Below, piece by piece: positions 48,709 to 58,768 of a DNA stretch of 62,651 nt; position 1 is the first letter of the stretch; each line of letters starts with the position of its first letter. The position numbers and the translations under genes are program-made. The notes below the pieces were generated by a model. That model did no database searches. It had not been told where the DNA came from and worked only from the letters and a program-made list of their open reading frames with translations. The stretch covers positions 1 through 62,651 of the forward strand of contig MNVC01000012.1 in the NCBI GenBank assembly GCA_001871435.1, written 5' to 3'. This DNA comes from Candidatus Magasanikbacteria bacterium CG1_02_32_51 (GTDB lineage Bacteria > Patescibacteriota > Patescibacteriia > Magasanikbacterales > UBA922).

Positions 48709-51030
48709 ATGTCCTATAATTTATTAGACAAAGCTGACTTCGAAAAATTCAAGAAAAATAATCCAAGTAATTTTCAATACGATTTTGAAGGCGGAAGTTA
48801 TTTGAAATTACAAGATTTGGAATTGAATGGTTTGTCAGGAATTGATGAAGAAAAGCTAAATAAAATTGCTACACTCATGCGTGAACTTATTTTTGCCACA
48901 GTAGAAGGTTCTCGTTCGGGTCATCCTGGTGGCTCTAGTGCCAAAGTAGAGCAGTTTTTGGCGATGACTCTTGGTGGAGCAATGGCTTTTGATTTATTAG
49001 ATCCAAAAAATAATTGTCGTGATAGAGTGGTTTGGTCAGCTGGGCATTGTACACCGGGATTGTATAGTGGGTTGGCTTTGTTTTATGAGAGTTTGCAAAA
49101 AAAAGGAATAAAATTTGATGTCAAAAAATTGCATGCAATTTTAGGCAAAGATTTGAGTAAGTTCAGAAAAGGTGGGGGACTTCCAGGTCATGCTGAAAGT
49201 TATACACCTCTTAGTGATATTTCTACAGGTCCTTCTGGACATGGTTTTTCGGCTGCTGGTGGATTAGCTATCACCCATAAGTCGTCTGGTACAGGTAGTA
49301 AAGTTTGGGTTTTTATGGGTGATGCCGAGAGTGAAGAAGGTATGACTTATGAGGCTCGCAATATTTTACATACTGTTGGCGCTGATAATATGATAGTATC
49401 ACTTGATTACAATCATTTTGGGATTGATGGAGATATAGATGAAGTATTGTCAAATAAATATATCAACAATTGGTTAGGTTTGGGCTGGAACGTAATTGAA
49501 ATAAATGGACATAATATTTTGGAATGTGTTTATGCTTATCGTTTGACTTCGGAAAAAGTTTTTGCTAATGGTAATCCGACTGTAGTTATTGCTCATACTT
49601 GGAAAGGAAAGTCTTATGGTAGTCTAGAAAATTCCAATAAATCTCATGGTTCTCAGGTTAAGCACGATGAATATATAGAGATTGAAAATAAATTAAACGC
49701 AAATAATAAAGTATCAATTCCAGGTAAAGAAGGAGATATTTTATCAGATATTGAAAGTATTTTATCTAATCTGGATAATTCTTTGGCAACTTATATTGTA
49801 GGTAGACTAAAGGTGGCTAGCAAAAAAATTCCAAATGAACAAAAAGTTTTGGTACAAATGAAAAAGACTTTGAAATTTGTCAAAGGCGGATCTACGAGAA
49901 AATTTAAGAGTGTTACGGAAATTGAAAGACCAAGTAAATTACCAGCAGAATTAGTTTTTGTACCAGAGCAAAAAGTTGCTACAAGAAAGTCTAGTCAAGT
50001 ATTTTTTGAATGGTTGATGAAAGAAAGTGCGTTTTTTTGGGCTGGGGCTGGGGATTTGTCAGAATCAGTCAAGACTGACAAGGCCGAAAATGTGTATGGT
50101 GTTATAAATAGAAAAAATCCTTATGGGCGTGGGATTCGTTATGGTATTGCTGAACAAAATATGGGGATGATGGGCGCTGGTATGACACTAGATAGATTAC
50201 CTGGGAATTTTGCACCAGTTTCTGTCATAGGAACTTATGCCGCATTTACTTCTATGATGTGCAATGGTATTCGTGTGGCTGTCATAAATAATCATCTTTA
50301 TCCTGAACATAAAGGATTTTTTATAGTACTTGCTAGTCATGATGGTCCAGAAGTTGGAGAAGATGGACCGACTCATCAAGGACTTTATTGGATGAGTATG
50401 TATAGTGCCTATCCGGGTATAAAAGTTTACAAGCCAACTGATGCCAATGAAACAATTGAAATGCTTTTTTATGCCATGAAAATTGGTGAACCAATTATTT
50501 TGTCTGTTTCTCGTCCTGATGTACTAGTACTCAAACGTGGTAAGAATGCTTGTTGTGGACAATTCGTCCCACAAGCAAAAGAAGCTGTACAAGGTGCTTA
50601 TATTTTCAAAGATTACAAAAATAATGGTAATAATAAAATGTGTGTGGCAGTTTCTGGCGCAATTGTTTTGAATAATTTGTTGCAAATATTACCAGACTTA
50701 GAAAAAGAAAAAATAGATATCAAAGTTGTGGTAGTGACTTCACCAGAATTGTTTGCAGAATTCAAAAAGAAAAACAAGAAAAAAGCAGATAGTATTTTTT
50801 CTAAAGAAGATAGAAAAGTAGGAGTAACTCTTCATGCTGGTTGGAAAGGTTTTTTGCGTGATTTTGTTGATAATGATTTTTATTCCGCCAAAGGCGGATC
50901 CGCCTCGGGCGGAGAAGAACGATCTATTGGTCTAGAAACATATTTGGCAAGTGGCAGTGTGGATGAAGTCTATGAAATGGCGAAATTGACATCTTTGGAT
51001 ATTAAGAAGAAAATTTTAGAAATAAAATAG
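48709..51030 (+). CDS. tkt: Transketolase
   Basis: SGHPGG; SAGH; GDAESEEG (TPP-binding); YGIAEQNM; GEDGPTHQ. Confidence 0.93.
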   Translation: MSYNLLDKADFEKFKKNNPSNFQYDFEGGSYLKLQDLELNGLSGIDEEKLNKIATLMRELIFATVEGSRSGHPGGSSAKVEQFLAMTLGGAMAFDLLDPKNNCRDRVVWSAGHCTPGLYSGLALFYESLQKKGIKFDVKKLHAILGKDLSKFRKGGGLPGHAESYTPLSDISTGPSGHGFSAAGGLAITHKSSGTGSKVWVFMGDAESEEGMTYEARNILHTVGADNMIVSLDYNHFGIDGDIDEVLSNKYINNWLGLGWNVIEINGHNILECVYAYRLTSEKVFANGNPTVVIAHTWKGKSYGSLENSNKSHGSQVKHDEYIEIENKLNANNKVSIPGKEGDILSDIESILSNLDNSLATYIVGRLKVASKKIPNEQKVLVQMKKTLKFVKGGSTRKFKSVTEIERPSKLPAELVFVPEQKVATRKSSQVFFEWLMKESAFFWAGAGDLSESVKTDKAENVYGVINRKNPYGRGIRYGIAEQNMGMMGAGMTLDRLPGNFAPVSVIGTYAAFTSMMCNGIRVAVINNHLYPEHKGFFIVLASHDGPEVGEDGPTHQGLYWMSMYSAYPGIKVYKPTDANETIEMLFYAMKIGEPIILSVSRPDVLVLKRGKNACCGQFVPQAKEAVQGAYIFKDYKNNGNNKMCVAVSGAIVLNNLLQILPDLEKEKIDIKVVVVTSPELFAEFKKKNKKKADSIFSKEDRKVGVTLHAGWKGFLRDFVDNDFYSAKGGSASGGEERSIGLETYLASGSVDEVYEMAKLTSLDIKKKILEIK

Positions 51031-51084
51031 ATTCGGATATGTAGATAACTACTGTGATTTATTCAGTTAATTTCTTGTTCAATA

Positions 51085-51160
51085 GGGAATGACAAATTGA
51101 ACGGAGTGAAATTTGTTAATGTATTTAACGAAATTCGCTTTGGCTCATTTCGTCATTCCT
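51085..51160. repeat. GGAATGAC...GTCATTCC inverted doublet
   Basis: gggaatgacaaat...tcatttcgtcattcc; relative at 59317-59427. Confidence 0.75.
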
Positions 51161-51321
51161 TTTTGGTTATTTTGGACACTTGACAAAAAGCCAAAAAAGT
51201 ACTATACTACTGTGTCTTACTGTTGTTGATATTTTGATATTAGTCATAATATTTAGATATCAGTGACAGAGGTGCACAAGGGTTTCTTGTGTGCTAAAGT
51301 TGCTATGATAGGAGCTCAGAA

Positions 51322-51522
51322 ATGAGTTTTCTGGAATGGGTTTTGGTGATTTTTCTCTATATCATCGTCACACCTCTCGCCATTGTTTTGAGCCGTAGCT
51401 TGGCTGATCTGGCCATCTACCTTCGTGACAAGAAGGGGTGGGGCAAGATCTTACCAGACGAGGATGACACCTCGCCCGAGAAGGTCAAGGTGGTCAACGA
51501 AGAAGAGGAGGACAGAAAGTAA
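51322..51522 (+). CDS. Small GC-rich single-TM hypothetical protein
   Basis: TTGACA at 51180-N17-TATACT; AGGAG at 51310; N-terminal TM and acidic tail. Confidence 0.6.
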   Translation: MSFLEWVLVIFLYIIVTPLAIVLSRSLADLAIYLRDKKGWGKILPDEDDTSPEKVKVVNEEEEDRK

Positions 51523-51720
51523 AGAAAAAAGCCCTAAACTTATAAAAGAAGGAAAAAGGAGGGGCAAATAAAATACATCTCAAATGAGGTGTTTTTTGTT
51601 TACTAGTAGCTTTAGCTAAATAATTGACTTTTTTCAATATTTCTTATATAATGTCCACAATAAATATCAAAGCCTCTCAGGCCTTTTTGGCCTTTCCAGC
51701 TTTTTAAGCATTTCAAAAAC

Positions 51721-53742
51721 ATGAACGTCACCGAACTAGCTCGTAAACTTAGAATAAATACTGCAGAATTATTGGAAGTCTTACCTCAATATGGTTTTGA
51801 TATTGGTAAGAAAGCTATCAAGATTGATGATGCTACGGCTGAACAAGTGGTGCGTCGTTGGAAATATATCAAACGTGAATTGGAACAAAAAAAGAAAGAA
51901 GAGATGGAAGAAAAAAAATTGAAAGAAAAAGAATTACGCAAAGAACTTGGTCAAGATGTAACTTTGTTTGAAAAAATGACTGTTAGAGGATTTGCTGAAA
52001 GATTGAACATGACAACCACTCAAGTTATTACCGAACTTATGAAAAATGGTATTTTGGCCAATCAAAATCAAAATCTTGATTATGATACTATGGCTATCAT
52101 GGCTGAAGACCTTGGTTTCACTGTGCACAAAGAAGATGGTAATCAAGAGGAAATAAAAAAAGAAGAAGAACGTATTCAAAATCTGGAAGAAGCATTGTCC
52201 AAAGCCAAAAATTTGCAACCACGTGCTCCAGTCGTTGTAGTTATGGGACATGTTGATCATGGTAAGACAAGATTATTGGATACTATTCGTCATACCAATA
52301 TCATTGATACTGAAGCTGGTGGCATTACTCAGCATATTGGTGCTTATCAAACAATTTGGAAAGATCCAAAAAATAAAAAAGAACGTGCTCTTACTTTTAT
52401 TGATACTCCTGGCCATGAAGCATTTGCTATGATGCGTAGTCGTGGTGCCAAAGTAGCCGATATTGCTATTCTGATTGTGGCCGCTGATGATAGTGTCAAA
52501 CCTCAGACTGAAGAAGCTATCAATATTATCAAAGCTGCTAAGTTGCCATTTGTCGTAGCAATCAACAAGATTGATAAAGAAGGTGCTGATATCCAAAAAA
52601 CAAAAACAGACTTGTCAACCAAAGGCGTTTTAGCCGAAGAATGGGGTGGAAATGTACCAATGGTAGAAATTTCAGCCAAACAAAATACTAATATTGATAA
52701 GCTTCTTGATGTTTTGCTTTTGGTAGCTGATATGAACGAAGACAAAATACAAGCTGATCCAGATTTGCAAGCTATTGGTACTGTGATTGAGTCCAATGTT
52801 GACAAAGGCATGGGTTCTGTGGCTACGGTACTTATTCAATCAGGTACTTTGCATCGTGGTGACAAACTTGTCCTCAACAATGAAATTTATGGCAAAGTTC
52901 GAGCCATGAAAAATTATAAAGGTGAATTAATTGATGAAGCTGGTCCTTCGGTTCCTATCCAAATTATTGGTTTTAAAATTGCTCCAGAAGTTGGTGATGT
53001 TTTGGATGTTACTAGACAAGATACAGCTACAGAAATAAATCTAAGAAAGAAAAAATCTGAACAAACAGGTGCTGAACGTACTATCATTGTGGATAACAAT
53101 GAAGATGAAGAAGAAAAGAAAAAAACTTTGAATATTGTTGTCAAAGCTGATGTACTTGGATCACTTGAAGCTATTGTTTCTTCTTTTGAAAAAATTAGAC
53201 ACGCTGAAGTTGGTGTAAAAATTATTGGCAAAGGATTGGGAAATATTACTGAAGATGATGTCAAAAAAGCGACTGCAAGTGGGGCTACTGTGATTGGTTT
53301 CAATGTTAATGCTACACCTTTGGCTGGTAGTATGATGCGTGAAGAAAATATACAATTTTTGCAATATAATATTATTTATGATCTTATAGATTGGGTAAAA
53401 GAAGAATTAGGGAGACTTCTTAGTGATGAAAAGATAATTACTGAGATTGGTATTATGAAAATAGTAGCAATATTTAGAAAAGAAAAAGGTGCCATGATCG
53501 TTGGTGGAAGAATTGAAAAAGGTAAGGTAACAAAAAATGTTTTAGCTAGAGTAAAACATGAAAAATTGGATATGGGTAGTGGTAAAATTACTGAATGTCG
53601 TCTGGGTCAATCTGTTGTGAAAGATGTCCATGAAGGTATGGAATGTGGTGTCAGATTTGAAGGTAAACCTAGAATTGAAATTGATGATGTTTTGGAATTC
53701 TATACTGAAGAGACAAAAGCACGTGAAATACAGTTTCTTTAA
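51721..53742 (+). CDS. infB: Translation initiation factor IF-2
   Basis: [40 protein letters not shown]. Confidence 0.99.
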   Translation: MNVTELARKLRINTAELLEVLPQYGFDIGKKAIKIDDATAEQVVRRWKYIKRELEQKKKEEMEEKKLKEKELRKELGQDVTLFEKMTVRGFAERLNMTTTQVITELMKNGILANQNQNLDYDTMAIMAEDLGFTVHKEDGNQEEIKKEEERIQNLEEALSKAKNLQPRAPVVVVMGHVDHGKTRLLDTIRHTNIIDTEAGGITQHIGAYQTIWKDPKNKKERALTFIDTPGHEAFAMMRSRGAKVADIAILIVAADDSVKPQTEEAINIIKAAKLPFVVAINKIDKEGADIQKTKTDLSTKGVLAEEWGGNVPMVEISAKQNTNIDKLLDVLLLVADMNEDKIQADPDLQAIGTVIESNVDKGMGSVATVLIQSGTLHRGDKLVLNNEIYGKVRAMKNYKGELIDEAGPSVPIQIIGFKIAPEVGDVLDVTRQDTATEINLRKKKSEQTGAERTIIVDNNEDEEEKKKTLNIVVKADVLGSLEAIVSSFEKIRHAEVGVKIIGKGLGNITEDDVKKATASGATVIGFNVNATPLAGSMMREENIQFLQYNIIYDLIDWVKEELGRLLSDEKIITEIGIMKIVAIFRKEKGAMIVGGRIEKGKVTKNVLARVKHEKLDMGSGKITECRLGQSVVKDVHEGMECGVRFEGKPRIEIDDVLEFYTEETKAREIQFL

Positions 53743-53986
53743 AGTATAAAAAACATCTTTAAAAAAGAAAAAATCGAGGTGAAAGTCTCGGTTTTTATTG
53801 TCCTATTGTTCCATTGTTGTATTGACAAACTGAAAACCACAATGAAACAATGGGTCAGTGGTGTAGTGTTCTTTGTTACTTTATAAATTTTACGAACTTT
53901 TGACTATGTTTGTCCACATCTTGTCACTATTGTCAAAAAGTTGTATACTATATTAGTAAAAGTTAATTTTTTTAAAAATAAATAAT

Positions 53987-54310
53987 ATGTCAGAAGTAAT
54001 TTTAACAGATCAAAATTTTGAAACAGAAGTACTTAAATCAGATTTACCTGTTTTTGTAGATTTTTGGGCTCCTTGGTGTGGTCCTTGTCAGATGATGGGT
54101 CCAATAGTTGAACAAATTGCTGAAGAATCAGCTGGAAAAGCTAAAGTTGGAAAATTGAATGTTGATGAAAATAGTGTTACTGCTGGTCATTACAAAGTGA
54201 TGAGTATCCCTACATTTTTGGTTTTCAAAGGTGGAGAAGTAGTTGATCAAATGGTTGGTGGTGTACCAAAAGAAAGATTGAAAGAAATGCTTGAAAAGCA
54301 TATATCATAA
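53987..54310 (+). CDS. trxA: Thioredoxin
   Basis: VDFWAPWCGPC; MSIPT. Confidence 0.97.
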   Translation: MSEVILTDQNFETEVLKSDLPVFVDFWAPWCGPCQMMGPIVEQIAEESAGKAKVGKLNVDENSVTAGHYKVMSIPTFLVFKGGEVVDQMVGGVPKERLKEMLEKHIS

Positions 54311-54417
54311 AAACACTAGAATTTATAAAATATAAAAATAATCCTTTGAATAGGATTGTTTTTATTTTGGAATTGAATTAAACTATAAATAGTTTAATTT
54401 TTTTAAAATAAAATTTT

Positions 54418-54627
54418 ATGGAAGAAAGACCAGCTTACGAAACCTATAAATCAAAAGATGATAGAACTTTTATTAGAGTTGTCAAAGCTTTTGATATTAA
54501 GGGTAATAAGGTTTATGAAACTAGGCCAGCTGAATTAGGATAGATTGATAAGTTACATAAAGATGGTATTGAATATGAAATTGTCACAGTACCAGAAGGT
54601 TTTGAAAGTCTTGACACTGAGGTTTGA
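54418..54627 (+). pseudogene. Small ORF with an internal in-frame TAG
   Basis: MEERPAY...RPAELG*IDKLHKDG...LDTEV*; the TAG is at 54541-54543 and both sides look coding. Confidence 0.4.
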
Positions 54628-54725
54628 TTTATAAATATTTTTTTCAATAAAAATTGAAGGCTTGCCTTTTTATCATTTTTTTTGTAAACTACAATGGTAA
54701 ATTACTTATAAATCACTTATATATT

Positions 54726-55364
54726 ATGCTATCCGAAGGAAAATCTGTTGGTGAATTAGATTTAGATAAAGACTCTAACAATAATTTTTCAATTGACGAA
54801 GATTTTGTCAATAAATTACAAACAGGTGATAAAACTACTTCAGAATATCTTGTTAATTATTATCAACCTAAGTTTTTTACTACGTTGAAACATCGTTATG
54901 GCAATCAACTTCAAGATAGTGATTGTGCTGATTTGATTCAGGATACCTTTTTGAAAATATTTGATAATATTAAAGATTATCCACATATTGATAACAGAAG
55001 ATTTTCTTCTTGGTTATATACAATATTAAGAAATACTGCAATAGATTATTTTCGTCATAATAAAAATAAAGGAAATCTTTATGAGTACGATGATAGTAGA
55101 TCTGTTTCTACAGAAGGCACTACAAATAATAAACAAGAACAAGAATTAGAATATTTTATGAAGCTTAGTAAAGTACGTGATTTGATAGAAGGTGATTCTA
55201 AATTATTGAATGATAGTCAAAAATTGGTTTTGAAAATGAAATTTTATGATTGTTTGTCAAATAACGAAATTGCTAATAAATTAGGTGAATCAATTGATAC
55301 AATTAATACTAGAATATTTTATTCACGTAAAAAAATTGTGGACTATTTAGGAACAATAAATTAA
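54726..55364 (+). CDS. ECF-type sigma70 factor
   Basis: DLIQDTFLK...FSSWLYTILRNTAIDYFR (region 2); L...QKLVL...SNNEIA..LG...TINTRIFYSR (region 4). Confidence 0.88.
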   Translation: MLSEGKSVGELDLDKDSNNNFSIDEDFVNKLQTGDKTTSEYLVNYYQPKFFTTLKHRYGNQLQDSDCADLIQDTFLKIFDNIKDYPHIDNRRFSSWLYTILRNTAIDYFRHNKNKGNLYEYDDSRSVSTEGTTNNKQEQELEYFMKLSKVRDLIEGDSKLLNDSQKLVLKMKFYDCLSNNEIANKLGESIDTINTRIFYSRKKIVDYLGTIN

Positions 55365-55368
55365 ATTT

Positions 55369-58230
55369 ATGAATAAATACAATCCTCAAGAAATAGAAAA
55401 AAAATGGCAAAAGTATTGGGAAGATAATAAGACTTTCAAAACTCCAGAAGACGCTACTGCTGAAAACAAATATTATATTTTACCACAATTACCATATCCA
55501 TCTGGTAGTGGTTTGCATGTGGGTCATGCTGAAGGCTATACAGCTTGTGATATTTTTGCACGTTATCAGAGAATGACTGGAAAGAAAGTCTTACAAGTAA
55601 TTGGTTGGGATAGTTTTGGTCTGCCAGCTGAAAATTATGCTATAAAAAATAATGTTCATCCTAAAATTAGTACAGACAATGCTATTGATAATTTTCGTAA
55701 ACAGATAAAAGCTTTGGGAATATCAGTTGACTGGGATAGGGAAGTAGGCAGTCACAATTCTGATTATTACAAATTTACTCAATGGTTTTTTTTGTTATTT
55801 TACAAACGTGGTTTGGCTTATCGTAAGATGCAGACTGTCAATTGGTGTGACAGTTGTAAAACAGTTCTTGCCAATGATCAAGTAAAAGAAGGACATTGTG
55901 AACGCTGTGATACGCTTGTCATCCAAAAAGAAATGGAACAGTGGTATATCAAAATTACAGACTATGCTGAAAGATTACTTCAAGATATTGATAAATTGGA
56001 CTGGCCAGAAGAAACCAAAAAAAGACAAAAAGATTGGATTGGTAAATCTAGCGGTGCAGAAGTAAATTTTTCTATCAAAGATAGTAATTTGAAAATTCGT
56101 GTTTTTACTACTCGTCCAGATACTCTTTTTGGTGTGACCTATGTGGTTTTGGCTCCAGAAGGAAAATATATTCAAGATTTTAAAGATAAAATTAGTAATT
56201 GGTCAGAAGTAGAAAAATATATTGAAGCGACAAGTAAAAAAACAGAACTTGAAAGACAAATTCAAAAAGAAAAAACTGGTGTTGATTTGCAAAGTATCAA
56301 AGCTATTAACCCTGTTACCAATGAAGAAATTCCAATTTTTGTGGCTGATTATGTAATTGCTTCTTATGGCACTGGAGCTATTATGGCGGTGCCGGCTCAT
56401 GATGAGAGAGACTGGGAATTTGCGAAGAAATATAGTTTGCCTATAAAGGAAGTTGTCGCTCCTAACTTTGTTTTGACTGGCAAAAATGCACCTCAAGGAG
56501 GTGTAGAGACTTTGAACAGAAGAACTGTTACTTGTATTTTAGAAAATCCAAAGACAAATAAATTTTTAGTTATCAAAGAAAAAGATAATAATGTTTTGGT
56601 TGGTGGTGGGGTTGATGAAGGTGAAACACCTGAAGAAGCAATGATTAGAGAGGTACAGGAAGAAACTGGTTATACCAATGTTGAAATTTATAAAAAATTG
56701 TTTGATCATTTATTTTGTTTTCATTTTAGATTTGGCAAAAACAAAAATCAGATGGTGGATGATGTGGTTTATCATGTTATTTTAAATGATGAAACAAAGA
56801 TACCAAGTGAAGTTGAAATTGGTAAACATGGAATAATGTGGGTGTCTAAAGATGAATTACAAAATACTATAACATCTGAAAATCATAAATTCATGTGTGA
56901 GGTATTTTTGAAAGGTGACAATTGTTTTTCAGATTATGGTGTTGCTATAAATTCTGATTTTTTAAATGGCTTAACAACAGAAGAAGCCAAAGAAAAAATG
57001 ATTGAATATTTAGAAGAAAATAAACTTGGTGAAAGAAAAGTACAATACAAACTTCGTGATTGGTCTGTCTCTCGTCAAAGATTTTGGGGAGCGCCAATTC
57101 CCATGCTTCGTAATGAAGAAACAGGGGAGCTAAAACCAGTAGAATTCAAAGAATTACCTGTCCTTCTTCCAGAAGATGTGGATTTTAAGCCAACCGGACA
57201 ATCTCCACTTATTTATTCCCAAACTTTTCAAGAAGGTGTGGAAGAAAAATATGGTAAGGGATGGAAAAGAGAAGTAGATACACTAGATACCTTTATGTGT
57301 TCATCTTGGTACTATTATCGTTATCTTGATCCAAAAAATGAAAATGAATTTGCTAGTCCAGAAGCTTTGAAAAGATGGATGCCAGTAGATTTTTATCTTG
57401 GTGGTCCAGAGCATGTCAATGGACATTTGCTTTACTCTAGATTTTTTACCAAAGTTTTGTTTGATGAAGGTTTGATTGATTTTGATGAACCTTTCAAAGT
57501 GCACCGTCATCAAGGTCTTATTTTGGGGCCAGACAATCGTAAGATGAGTAAACGCTGGGGAAATGTGATAAATCCGACAGACGTGACAGAAGTTTATGGT
57601 GCAGATACTTTGCGTATGTATGAAATGTTTATGGGACCTCTTGAAGAAGATAAACCTTGGGATGAAAATGGTGTGAAAGGTGTGAGAAGATTTTTGGAAC
57701 GTGTATGGTTATATTCTACAACTGTAATTCATAAAATTACGTATGAATTGGACGAAGATAATATTATCAAAGAACTACATAAAACAATTAAGAAAGTTGG
57801 TGAAGATTTATCATTGTTAAGATTCAATACAGCTATTGCCAAATTGATGGAATTTATTAATTTTGTAGCTAAAGATCCCCGACATTTTTCTAAAAATGAT
57901 TCCGAAGTAAGAAAAGATTTTTTGAAACTCCTTTCCCCATTTGCTCCCCACATGGCCGAAGAACTTTGGGAAAATTTTGGAAATAAAAATAGTATCTCAA
58001 CAGAAAAATGGCCAGAGTATGACGAAGCAAAAATAAAAGAAGATACTATTACTGTTGTTGTGCAAGTAAATGGCAAAGTTCGTGATAGTCTAGAAGTGCC
58101 TGTGGAAATTTCTGAAGAAGATATCAAGGTTCAAGTTTTGGCTTTGGAAAATGTGAAGAAATGGTTGGAAGGCAAAGAACCAAAGAAAGTTATTTATGTG
58201 AAAGGAAGATTGGTTTCTATTGTAGTATAA
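55369..58230 (+). CDS. leuS: Leucine--tRNA ligase with an inserted Nudix domain
   Basis: PYPSG.GLHVGH; VFTTRPDT; GTGAIMAVPAHDERD; KMSKR; Nudix box GGVDEGETPEEAMIREVQEETG. Confidence 0.98.
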   Translation: MNKYNPQEIEKKWQKYWEDNKTFKTPEDATAENKYYILPQLPYPSGSGLHVGHAEGYTACDIFARYQRMTGKKVLQVIGWDSFGLPAENYAIKNNVHPKISTDNAIDNFRKQIKALGISVDWDREVGSHNSDYYKFTQWFFLLFYKRGLAYRKMQTVNWCDSCKTVLANDQVKEGHCERCDTLVIQKEMEQWYIKITDYAERLLQDIDKLDWPEETKKRQKDWIGKSSGAEVNFSIKDSNLKIRVFTTRPDTLFGVTYVVLAPEGKYIQDFKDKISNWSEVEKYIEATSKKTELERQIQKEKTGVDLQSIKAINPVTNEEIPIFVADYVIASYGTGAIMAVPAHDERDWEFAKKYSLPIKEVVAPNFVLTGKNAPQGGVETLNRRTVTCILENPKTNKFLVIKEKDNNVLVGGGVDEGETPEEAMIREVQEETGYTNVEIYKKLFDHLFCFHFRFGKNKNQMVDDVVYHVILNDETKIPSEVEIGKHGIMWVSKDELQNTITSENHKFMCEVFLKGDNCFSDYGVAINSDFLNGLTTEEAKEKMIEYLEENKLGERKVQYKLRDWSVSRQRFWGAPIPMLRNEETGELKPVEFKELPVLLPEDVDFKPTGQSPLIYSQTFQEGVEEKYGKGWKREVDTLDTFMCSSWYYYRYLDPKNENEFASPEALKRWMPVDFYLGGPEHVNGHLLYSRFFTKVLFDEGLIDFDEPFKVHRHQGLILGPDNRKMSKRWGNVINPTDVTEVYGADTLRMYEMFMGPLEEDKPWDENGVKGVRRFLERVWLYSTTVIHKITYELDEDNIIKELHKTIKKVGEDLSLLRFNTAIAKLMEFINFVAKDPRHFSKNDSEVRKDFLKLLSPFAPHMAEELWENFGNKNSISTEKWPEYDEAKIKEDTITVVVQVNGKVRDSLEVPVEISEEDIKVQVLALENVKKWLEGKEPKKVIYVKGRLVSIVV

Positions 58231-58237
58231 CTTGTTT

Positions 58238-58700
58238 ATAGAACTCAGATTTCCATAATATCCAAGATATACCAAGATTTTTTATGAAGGATGTAGAAAT
58301 AAATAATATAACTAGTAAAATAATAAAGTCTTATTATAATGTTTATAATACTTTAGGTTTTGGTTTTTTGGAGAAAATATATGAAAATTCACTAATTTTT
58401 GAATTACAAAAACAAGGTTTACACGGTAGAAGGCAAGTACCTATTGAAGTAAACTATTTTGATAAACATGTAGGGTCTTATTTTGCTGATATAATCGTAG
58501 AAGATTTAGTTATTTTGGAAATAAAAGCAGCTGAATCTTTGTGTGAAGCACATGAAGCTCAGCTCTTGAATTATTTGAGGGCTACTAATATAGAATATGG
58601 TTTGTTATTAAATTTTGGACAAAAGCCGGAAATTCGAAGAAAAACTTGGACAAATGATTATCATGGTTAATTTTGGTTATCTTGGAAATCTGTGTTCTAT
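58238..58700 (+). mobile_element. GxxExxY gene bounded by 41-nt imperfect inverted repeats
   Basis: 58238-58278 versus the reverse complement of 58660-58700: 33 of 41 identical, ungapped (hand count). Confidence 0.7.
58284..58670 (+). CDS. GxxExxY protein (PD-(D/E)xK nuclease-like)
   Basis: VYNTLGFGFLEKIYENSL...ADIIVEDLVILEIKA...HEAQLLNYL...GLLLNFG. Confidence 0.93.
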   Translation: MKDVEINNITSKIIKSYYNVYNTLGFGFLEKIYENSLIFELQKQGLHGRRQVPIEVNYFDKHVGSYFADIIVEDLVILEIKAAESLCEAHEAQLLNYLRATNIEYGLLLNFGQKPEIRRKTWTNDYHG

Positions 58701-58768
58701 CTTCAAAAACATTTTTTTAAAACAAAATATCCTTTACACAAGGATATTTTTTGATATAAATTTATTTT

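Noticed and set aside
29275..54543. TAG recoding, suggested by two in-frame TAG codons (tnpA at 29275, small ORF at 54541)
   Set aside because: TAG ends several full-length genes here (gpsA, first ABC permease, SPFH, tkt) and no core gene has an internal TAG. TGA also acts as a stop (recJ, ATP-grasp fusion). Simple nonsense mutation is more parsimonious.
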